A stretch of 21,472 nucleotides of DNA, from IMG/VR virus record IMGVR_UViG_3300031853_000016; one strand, given 5' to 3'. The notes below the pieces were generated by a model. It was given only the letters and a program-made list of their open reading frames with translations, was not told the DNA's origin and searched no databases. The DNA comes from an uncultured virus (IMG/VR IMGVR_UViG_3300031853_000016) (Duplodnaviria; Heunggongvirae; Uroviricota; Caudoviricetes). Positions within the stretch are counted from its first letter, which is position 1, and each line of letters opens with the position of its first letter. The position numbers and the translations under genes are program-made. This document shows, piece by piece, positions 15,771 to 21,472 of the stretch.

Positions 15771-17498
15771 TCAAATTATCTGACATCCAAAGCTCTGCTC
15801 GATGTTGTCCAGTACGTCCACTTGCAGCAGGAACAGCGCATTAATGATCGATACGACCATATCCACCTTGCCAGCTGACTTCTTCTTGTTGACGTACTGA
15901 TTCAGGTTTGTGTCCCTTGTGCATCGGGCATTCTGGAAGTTTATCTCAAGCATATGATTTTTATCGTATCTGAATTTCTGACTGAGTATCCGTTCCCTGA
16001 GGAGCTTTGTAGGACGGTGCAGCACACTGCTGTGCTGTTTGATCTCAACGCACTCGATAGGATCCTCGCTGCTTTCGAGCTTCTGGACTGTGGATATAGC
16101 ATTGTACCGGTCAAAACCCAGCTGAACTATCTCAACTCCATATCTCTCTGGCAGTGACTGTATAAAAGCCTCAACAAAGCCGTAATCAATGACCTCGTCA
16201 CCGCAGGCAAAGCACTCGCCGTCCTCAATAAGCTTCTTATAGTCCACTTTTTCTCGTTCAGACTTCTCTTCAAGCTTTTCAGCCGGGATAAATCCCCAGA
16301 CTTTTACGTATATCAGATCTTCGTCAGCGTCATAAGTGGCTATTGCTACGGACGTATTATCATCGGTCTGCGATAGGTCAAGTCCGATATATACCCGCCT
16401 GCCCCTCCAGAACTCCGCATCCTCAGGAGCTGAGCACAGTCTGACCTTGGTTATTTCAACAAATCCCTCAACACCAAGGCCCTTGTAGAGGATATTCATG
16501 TGCTTGCAGAGAAAGTTCTCACGCTTATTTTCGTAGTCTATAGCCGCCTGACGCTTCTGCCGGAGATCATCCATGATATACTCATGAGCATAGGCTACAG
16601 GATTAGCCTGATATAAAGCAATATCCTCGGTCTTCCATTTGTCTCCCGTCTTGTATTCATCATCAGGCTCGTACAGCAGTGCAAACACCTTACCGCTGCG
16701 AAGCTTGTCGAGGATCTTCTTCGCATTATCTATCTCCTCGATCATAGCATTGTTGTCGTTAGGATACTGAGTTGATATGATGATACCAAGCTTTTCCCTG
16801 AGGACGATCTGAGATGAACGCATAGCTTCTATAGGGTAGTTGTCCATAGCTCCGCACTCGTCCGCAAGGAACATATTCGCAAGCTTACCGTCCATTCTGT
16901 CCTGTGAATAAGCGAGAGGAGTGTACTCCGATTCAGTCAGCTTGCAGCGTATTTCCTTACGCATGAGCTTGAATATCTTTTCGTCAGCCAGACAGGGGCT
17001 TGATTTGATGATCTTCTTTACTGCGATATGCAGCTCGCTTGAAAGCTTCAGATCGGGAGCCACACTGAAAAAACGGCTGAACTGCGGTTCCGTCAGCAGT
17101 CCGATAATAAAAATGACCGCTGAGGTGAACGTCTTGAAGTTCTTTCTCGCGATCTCTAAAAGCCCTGTCTCGTAGTATCTGAGACGGTCAGTACGTCGTT
17201 TCGTACAGAAAAGGGCATATATGAATAAAACTGCGTAGTCTTCAAGGCCCTCATACATGGAATGACCAAGATCGGGATGCATGATGATCTTAAGCAGCTT
17301 CGTTATTTTCTTCCAGTGCTTCTCACAAACGTAAGCATCCTCGCTCTTACCGTCTGCGATCTCGAGCCATTGCACCGCCTGGAGCTTTACATAACGGCCG
17401 ACATAATAATTATCTGGTTCGGCAGCCCAAAGAGCATATTTATAGACTCGACTTTTCTTCACTATGTCAATTGCTGTCAGCTCCTTTTTATTCATCAT
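15771..17498 (-). CDS. terL: Terminase large subunit (Terminase_1, cos-type)
   Basis: Walker A IARKNFKT, Walker B FLADE, IIIST coupling motif, nuclease YIGLDLSQTDD and KVDMVVS. Start at ATG 17498 or 17495, overlapping the TerS stop. Confidence 0.95.
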   Translation of the reverse strand: MMNKKELTAIDIVKKSRVYKYALWAAEPDNYYVGRYVKLQAVQWLEIADGKSEDAYVCEKHWKKITKLLKIIMHPDLGHSMYEGLEDYAVLFIYALFCTKRRTDRLRYYETGLLEIARKNFKTFTSAVIFIIGLLTEPQFSRFFSVAPDLKLSSELHIAVKKIIKSSPCLADEKIFKLMRKEIRCKLTESEYTPLAYSQDRMDGKLANMFLADECGAMDNYPIEAMRSSQIVLREKLGIIISTQYPNDNNAMIEEIDNAKKILDKLRSGKVFALLYEPDDEYKTGDKWKTEDIALYQANPVAYAHEYIMDDLRQKRQAAIDYENKRENFLCKHMNILYKGLGVEGFVEITKVRLCSAPEDAEFWRGRRVYIGLDLSQTDDNTSVAIATYDADEDLIYVKVWGFIPAEKLEEKSEREKVDYKKLIEDGECFACGDEVIDYGFVEAFIQSLPERYGVEIVQLGFDRYNAISTVQKLESSEDPIECVEIKQHSSVLHRPTKLLRERILSQKFRYDKNHMLEINFQNARCTRDTNLNQYVNKKKSAGKVDMVVSIINALFLLQVDVLDNIEQSFGCQII

Positions 17499-17937
17499 CA
17501 CTAAGAATTTTAAGCAGCGGATTCTCGTCCGCGGCTGCCGTCTGAGCGTTGATATTTGCAAGCTTTGCCCTGCTCTGAGGGCTGAGGCTCAGCTCGTTGC
17601 AGTATCTGAAGAAGGCTTTCGTGTAGCTGTCCTTCAGACGCACAAGAGGTCCGGAAAGTCCTTTTTCGTTGATACTCCGCTCGATCTCCTGCATGCGGTC
17701 AATGCATATGCAGCACTCGGTAAGAACATAGACGTCGAGGCTCCCGAGTATGCCCGAAGCTTCAAGGTTCGCGACGATGTACTGAAAAATACTTCTCTGT
17801 GATTCCGTCAGATACTCCGGCGGCTCAATGTCAGATGATGTGCCTTTCAGTAATTCCTCGTTGTTTTTGCGAACTTTTATCTCCTCACTGGTAAAATGCC
17901 CGACTGTTGTTGCAGCAGCTTTAGTTGGCCTTGCCAT
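17488..17937 (-). CDS. terS: Terminase small subunit, P27 family
   Basis: MARPTK start after a GGAGGTG RBS; PPEYL, LDVYVL..CC and ELSLSPQSRAKL motifs. Confidence 0.92.
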   Translation of the reverse strand: MARPTKAAATTVGHFTSEEIKVRKNNEELLKGTSSDIEPPEYLTESQRSIFQYIVANLEASGILGSLDVYVLTECCICIDRMQEIERSINEKGLSGPLVRLKDSYTKAFFRYCNELSLSPQSRAKLANINAQTAAADENPLLKILSDDE

Positions 17938-17989
17938 GTTCTCACCTCCTGATGCAGTTGAAATCCCCATTTTTGGAATATTTTATTTT

Positions 17990-18050
17990 CAGAGGGGGGC
18001 GTCGTTGGACAGCTGCCCTCCCTCTGAGAGCCGCTACCCCCTGGGGGGAG
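17990..18050. other. Probable cos (cohesive end) region
   Basis: GC-rich segment between HNH and terS bounded by G/C runs (- strand CCCCCCAGGGGG...CCAACGACGCCCCCCTC). This is the usual cos location in HNH/P27-TerS phages; the exact cut site was not determined. Confidence 0.55.
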
Positions 18051-18423
18051 TGTTTTTTACAATTTTTAACAGTTTTTCGGCAGGTATCTCGCCGCTTTCC
18101 GCCAGTTCGTGATGTACTCTGCACAGCGTGATAAGGTTTTCATCTTCGAGACGCAGTTCCCAGTTTGTTTTCAGCGACTGAATGTGATGCACTGACAACT
18201 CTTCACTGTTGAATCTGCGAACAGTAAACGGCAGATTCTCAAAACAAGCACGGCAAAGATACATATCTCTTTTCAGAATGTGCTCTCTCTTGCACTTCCA
18301 AGCGTAGGACCAACGAAACAGATCTTCTCTGTTGCCGCGTTCTCCGTATGTATTCTTAGGACGCTTATCACAGCTCTCGCCCTTGCTGTGGACTTTCCCA
18401 CAATAAACACACGCCTTTTTCAT
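18034..18423 (-). CDS. Terminase-associated HNH endonuclease (HK97 gp74-like)
   Basis: CVYCGKVH, RDMYLCRAC, VHHI...ENLITLCRVHH. The AGGAG RBS places the start at MKKAC (18423). Confidence 0.9.
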   Translation of the reverse strand: MKKACVYCGKVHSKGESCDKRPKNTYGERGNREDLFRWSYAWKCKREHILKRDMYLCRACFENLPFTVRRFNSEELSVHHIQSLKTNWELRLEDENLITLCRVHHELAESGEIPAEKLLKIVKNTPPRG

Positions 18424-18438
18424 ACGAATGCTCCTATA

Positions 18439-18474
18439 ACAGAAATACCGCTCCTGCCCGGAACGGTATCCTGT
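18439..18474 (-). terminator. Long hairpin (terminator-like) just upstream of the HNH RBS
   Basis: ACAGGATACCGTTCC-GGGCA-GGAGCGGTATTTCTGT. Confidence 0.45.
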
Positions 18475-18516
18475 GAAAAAAATCAAACGAGGTATGTCCA
18501 ACTACATGAAATCCTG

Positions 18517-18592
18517 TGGTTGCTGAGACTGGACTTGCACCAGTGACCTCAAGGTTATGAGCCTTGCGAGATAGCTGCTTCTCTACTCTGCC
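18517..18592 (-). tRNA. Atypical tRNA-Met(CAT), initiator-like; possibly a pseudo-tRNA
   Basis: 76-nt cloverleaf: D stem GAGA/TCTC, anticodon arm CAAGG-CTCATAA-CCTTG, T arm ACTGG-TGCAAGT-CCAGT, encoded ACCA end. Mismatches at 1:72 and 4:69. Confidence 0.8.
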
Positions 18593-18668
18593 AGGGAACC
18601 CCGACCGTGGGAATGCGACAGTCGGGAAAAAGATGGAAAATAAATGAGAGTGTCGGAATACCATAGAG

Positions 18669-18733
18669 GCAAGGCGGAGAGAACTGCGGCATTGCTACCG
18701 CAGTAAAGCCCTGTGCAACTGCTTTCCGCCTGC
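18669..18733 (-). ncRNA. Structured leader RNA (possible three-way junction with GNRA-capped stem)
   Basis: Outer stem GCAGGCGGA/TCCGCCTTGC encloses AAGC..GCTT and ACTGCGGTA-GCAA-TGCCGCAGT. Confidence 0.45.
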
Positions 18734-18738
18734 TTTCT

Positions 18739-18793
18739 ATACTACCATTTTACTCATGGGAATAGGACATTTCAAGACATTTCGGTACATATT
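18739..18793 (-). promoter_or_regulatory. Late promoter with activator-binding direct repeats
   Basis: GAAATGTC is repeated at 10-bp spacing (+ strand GACATTTC at 18766 and 18776, degenerate copy at 18786) over the activator 3' end. TTGAAA-N17-TAAAAT spans 18775-18747, and a second TGG-TAGTAT -10 lies at 18747-18739. Confidence 0.65.
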
Positions 18794-19200
18794 TTCTGTA
18801 CCGCAGTCTTAACTTTTGCTTTCACAGTGTTAGGATGATAGTTCATTATCTCAGCAGTCTGCTCAATAGTCAGGAAGTTAAGATACCTGTGAATCAGCAC
18901 AGCTTCGAGATCATCATCGTGCAGCATCGATATCGCATCCTGTATCTCAGCTGATACCTTGACCGCTTCGGCTTTCTGACATTCTGCCTTCTCTTCCATT
19001 TCCGCAAGCTTCATCAGAGCGCTCTCAGTGCCGTTTTTTGACGTGCCGCTCTTACCGGTATCATTACCCTCTGAATATCTCACAAGCCCTGTAGCGCGTT
19101 CCCTGCACTGCGATACGAGCATATCGAGCGCCTTTGCTTTTTTGTCTGCGTAAAAGGCACGGTTCAGCCAGTGCCTGAGATCAAGTTCTTTCTCTGTCAT
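18772..19200 (-). CDS. Late transcriptional activator, ArpU/RinA-like (sigma region 4-like HTH)
   Basis: 142 aa with C-terminal VLIHRYLNFLTIEQTAEIMNYHPNTV helix-turn-helix. Last protein gene before the packaging module. Confidence 0.8.
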   Translation of the reverse strand: MTEKELDLRHWLNRAFYADKKAKALDMLVSQCRERATGLVRYSEGNDTGKSGTSKNGTESALMKLAEMEEKAECQKAEAVKVSAEIQDAISMLHDDDLEAVLIHRYLNFLTIEQTAEIMNYHPNTVKAKVKTAVQKICTEMS

Positions 19201-19373
19201 ATCTCCACCACCTCATAGATTTTCTCATTCATGCCGCACTTGCGGATGTACTTAAGTGCGTCCTTGCGGTCGTGGAACACTCGCACCCGGAACAGCGTCT
19301 TGTGTATGTACGTGCCGTTGTATGCGTTTCGGATCGCATACTTTCTGTCTTTCAAGTACTCGTCCCATATCAT
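19197..19373 (-). CDS. Hypothetical protein (58 aa, MIWDEYLKDRKY...EVVEI), not in the ORF track
   Basis: GGAAGGGGTG RBS; ATGA overlaps with both neighbours. Confidence 0.65.
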   Translation of the reverse strand: MIWDEYLKDRKYAIRNAYNGTYIHKTLFRVRVFHDRKDALKYIRKCGMNEKIYEVVEI

Positions 19374-19471
19374 GAATCGTCACCCCTTCCTGCAAAAAAA
19401 GCAGCCGTAAAGTAGCCCATCCAATAGCAGACCATTGCACACAGTCCGCCGAGAATTATTCTAAGCAGCAT
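19370..19471 (-). CDS. Small membrane protein (33 aa, MLLRIILGGLCAMVCYWMGYFTAAFFAGRGDDS), not in the ORF track
   Basis: GGAGGTG RBS, a single hydrophobic stretch, translationally coupled on both sides. Confidence 0.6.
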   Translation of the reverse strand: MLLRIILGGLCAMVCYWMGYFTAAFFAGRGDDS

Positions 19472-19593
19472 CAGTATTCACCTCCGAGGATCATATCAGC
19501 AGATAAATGCTGCATATTCCAGAAGGTATCCGAAAAAGTCCGATAATAGTCCACATCAAGTAAAATCAAAATTAAATCACGTACTGTTTTCAT
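19471..19593 (-). CDS. Hypothetical protein (40 aa, MKTVRDLILILLDVDYY...GGEY), not in the ORF track
   Basis: GAGGAGG RBS; TGATG overlap with the next ORF. Confidence 0.5.
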   Translation of the reverse strand: MKTVRDLILILLDVDYYRTFSDTFWNMQHLSADMILGGEY

Positions 19594-19605
19594 GATTCAG
19601 CCTCC

Positions 19606-19952
19606 TCAATTATCAGCTCTGACTATAATAGCCTTGTGCCAGTGCTGTGCATAATCCTCTTTGCTCCTCTTGAACTCCTCTTCAAGTTCGGGAACTGTGT
19701 CCGCAAAATCGGAAAGATAGTCCCATAGATCTTCCTCGAATTCTGTCTTATCATCATAGATCTGTTCATCGTTCCACGGTACCTCATGATCAAGTACCTC
19801 TCCAATTCCGCAGCGTACATCCGTGCAGTATGTCCAGCACCATTCTGAGGCTGCTGCTTCCTGGCCTCCATAACAACAATAGGCAGTTCAGGATTTTCGG
19901 TTATCAGTTTTCTCAGCTCCGCGCTATCTTTGATTATGTTCAGATTATCCAT
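19606..19952 (-). pseudogene. Phage hypothetical protein with an apparent 1-nt deletion frameshift
   Basis: After LPIVVM the alternative frame reads GQEAAASEWCWTYCTDVRCGIGEVLD...HWHKAIIVRADN to TGA at 19606, just before the next RBS. The span is 347 nt, one short of a multiple of three. Confidence 0.65.
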
Positions 19953-19956
19953 GGCT

Positions 19957-20217
19957 TTACTCCTTCCCCACGATCTCCGTTATCTTATCATACAGCTCAT
20001 TAGCCTTGTTGGTCTGCTCATAATGTGCAAAGAGCGCCTTCCGCAGTATCGGCCTCAGCTTGCAGAGCAGCTGCTTCATTTCCTCATTAGTTTTCATGAG
20101 CTGTCCCTTTTCCTTGATGAGTCTGTCAGCTTCGCTCATCAGTATTTTATTTTCCTCTGACAGTTCATTGATTCTCTTTTCCTGAGCTGCCATATACAGC
20201 ATATCTGTGTCAGTCAT
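19957..20217 (-). CDS. Hypothetical coiled-coil protein
   Basis: GGAGGTG RBS; packs tightly with neighbours. Confidence 0.65.
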   Translation of the reverse strand: MTDTDMLYMAAQEKRINELSEENKILMSEADRLIKEKGQLMKTNEEMKQLLCKLRPILRKALFAHYEQTNKANELYDKITEIVGKE

Positions 20218-20509
20218 TCTCTCTCACCTCCTCACTAAGGCTGCCTTTGCCGCAATAAAAATTCGGCTTGACCTCAGCAAACTGCAATGTCTTATTTTCT
20301 ATGTAGCACATAGGGCAGTCGTGACGGTTAAGTTTCACGCAGTCCTTACAGCGGACGATCTCTACTCCTCTGTTTTTCTTTGTCAGCTTATCACGCTCTT
20401 TTTCGAGCACTCTGACGCTGCCTATAAGCTCTGCAATTCGCTTGCTGTAATCTGTGATAAGCTGTAGATTACTGTCAAGCAGTTGTTCAACTTCCTGTAA
20501 ACGTGTCAT
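20210..20509 (-). CDS. Hypothetical protein with coiled coil and Cys-rich C-terminus
   Basis: GGAGG RBS; VEIVRCKDC...C..C...FYC motif frequent in Firmicutes phage early ORFs. Confidence 0.7.
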   Translation of the reverse strand: MTRLQEVEQLLDSNLQLITDYSKRIAELIGSVRVLEKERDKLTKKNRGVEIVRCKDCVKLNRHDCPMCYIENKTLQFAEVKPNFYCGKGSLSEEVREND

Positions 20510-20520
20510 TTATATTCCTC

Positions 20521-20709
20521 CTACTCATACCAGCCGTCGATATCGTCAACGGCTGGGTTAATCATTTCTCTTCGTTCTTGTTCGTTTTCGTAGCCTGCAA
20601 GCTTAATGTACCGTAGATCTGATATATTGACTTGCATACCCTTTGAGAGCAGCTTCTCAGCGTTCGCCCTCAGAGCTTCGGCCGTGTCCCTGTCAGTCAG
20701 TCTCTCCAT
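20521..20709 (-). CDS. Hypothetical protein
   Basis: GGAGGG RBS; MERLT...KLAGYE motif typical of small phage ORFs. Confidence 0.65.
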   Translation of the reverse strand: MERLTDRDTAEALRANAEKLLSKGMQVNISDLRYIKLAGYENEQERREMINPAVDDIDGWYE

Positions 20710-20887
20710 TTATCAGGCCCTCCGCAGCATCTGCATGGATCCACTTATAATCGCAGCCGTGGAAGCTGTCACCGTCCTGATAAGCATTGCAGAGCGTAAG
20801 TCTTGCGCAGCTCTTGCAGTCCTGAGCTGATGAGCCGAGCCTCTGAATAGTCTCAACTGCTTTTCTGATGATCTCCGTATCATTCAT
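20693..20887 (-). CDS. Hypothetical Cys-containing protein
   Basis: GGAGG RBS; CKSC...C...C pattern; overlaps both neighbours. Confidence 0.6.
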   Translation of the reverse strand: MNDTEIIRKAVETIQRLGSSAQDCKSCARLTLCNAYQDGDSFHGCDYKWIHADAAEGLINGETD

Positions 20888-21122
20888 AGCTTCCTCCTAT
20901 CTGATCTTGCATCGCTTTCGTTCCGACTTTCGCTGTCTCTCCTGTGAGATACTTACACTGGACTATTGCAAGCCTGCGGAAGAAGAAAGTCTTTATAATC
21001 AGGTCAGCTCCGAAGTCACCGCTTGCCCCGATTCTTTCGACTATGCATCCTCTGAATCTGAGCTTTCTTGCACAATGTTCTTCGTACTTATCACCCTTGC
21101 GCTTTGTGTTTTTCTTCCTCAT
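20880..21122 (-). pseudogene. Mrr-like (PD-(D/E)xK) restriction endonuclease domain, apparently C-terminally truncated
   Basis: GDKYEEHCA...GASGDFGADLI...IVQCKY...KVGTKAMQ. The ORF ends before the usual second half of the Mrr_cat domain. Confidence 0.6.
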
Positions 21123-21472
21123 TTGTAATCCTCAAACTTTCTGCAAGATTTGAATATAATTTTGTTATTGCACCATCGTTGAAGTCGCTTGATTGTTTGT
21201 GGTGCATTTAGTTTATTGTAAATCATCACATACGGATCATACCCCAAATCACGCAGAGTATATATGCGGTATAAATCCTGTTCCAGTGTGCTATTGTAGT
21301 TTGTCAGACAGTACACCATTCCGATATTCGATTTACGTCTGAATTCCTTTGCAAAATTCGTGAATTTACTTTCAAGATCGTCCTCGGGGTTGTCCCATGC
21401 AAAGTGTAATGTTCGCAGGCGCATTTTATTGATATCAGCTATATCGTCATTATTCAACAATCTGATATCAAG
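21119..21472 (-). CDS. C-terminal part of a phage radical-SAM-like/hypothetical protein; 5'-partial
   Basis: Open from the window end: LDIRLL...LHFAWD...VYCLTNY...DLYRIYTLRDLGYDPYVMIY...LQRWCN. No CxxxCxxC is visible in the window, so the family call is tentative. Confidence 0.55.
   Translation of the reverse strand, partial: LDIRLLNNDDIADINKMRLRTLHFAWDNPEDDLESKFTNFAKEFRRKSNIGMVYCLTNYNSTLEQDLYRIYTLRDLGYDPYVMIYNKLNAPQTIKRLQRWCNNKIIFKSCRKFEDYK

Larger units (their letters stand above)
1..21472. mobile_element. Temperate siphophage genome segment (HK97-like head, long non-contractile tail), probably the excised/circular form
   Basis: Complete canonical gene order terminase-portal-protease-capsid-connectors-tail-TMP-Dit-holin-lysin, plus a recombinase. 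No host genes seen. Confidence 0.97.

Noticed and set aside
18434..18664. 76-aa ORF across the late leader
   Set aside because: It overlaps the tRNA cloverleaf and hairpins, and the protein shows no recognisable features.
18669..18733. Hammerhead ribozyme reading of the three-way junction
   Set aside because: The conserved CUGANGA core was not found in the junction.
19252..19440. 62-aa ORF in the track
   Set aside because: It overlaps two better ORFs in other frames that have RBSs and coupling overlaps.
489..21153. Numerous + strand ORFs of 60-219 aa (e.g. 489-1148, 7024-7593, 12468-12959)
   Set aside because: They lie antisense to well-supported - strand genes, lack evident RBSs and have shadow-like composition.
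1..21472. CRISPR array, diversity-generating retroelement, intron/intein or stop-codon reassignment
   Set aside because: By eye there are no regularly spaced repeats, no reverse transcriptase and no long near-duplicate repeat pair. Core genes are full length in the standard code, and TerL has normal size. A self-alignment would be needed to exclude short dispersed repeats.

Overview
The whole window is part of a temperate siphophage genome of a Firmicutes host. A Clostridia/Ruminococcus-like host is inferred from the SigA-type promoters, strong GGAGG ribosome-binding sites (RBS) and protein style. Almost everything is on the - strand. Read from the right end it runs: small early/middle ORFs (one frameshifted, one truncated Mrr-like nuclease), an ArpU/RinA-like late activator, a late promoter with a structured leader and an atypical tRNA-Met(CAT), HNH, a putative cos site, TerS, TerL, portal, two small inserted genes, HK97-type protease and capsid, head-tail joining genes, major tail protein, tail assembly chaperones with a -1 slippery site, tape measure, Dit, tail-tip proteins, holin and GH25 endolysin. 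This converges on the 3' end of a large serine recombinase (+ strand) across a probable attP. The standout is a probable virion-borne polymorphic toxin module. The portal carries a ~135-aa C-terminal extension ending in a DUF4258-like putative RNase domain. The extension is joined at an E-x-R-A motif, which otherwise occurs only in head-protein segments expected to be removed by the prohead protease. Its linker encodes a consensus TTGACA-N16-TATAAT promoter, and it is followed immediately by a small acidic candidate immunity gene and a terminator. All family calls come from motif recognition and synteny; no database search was run.
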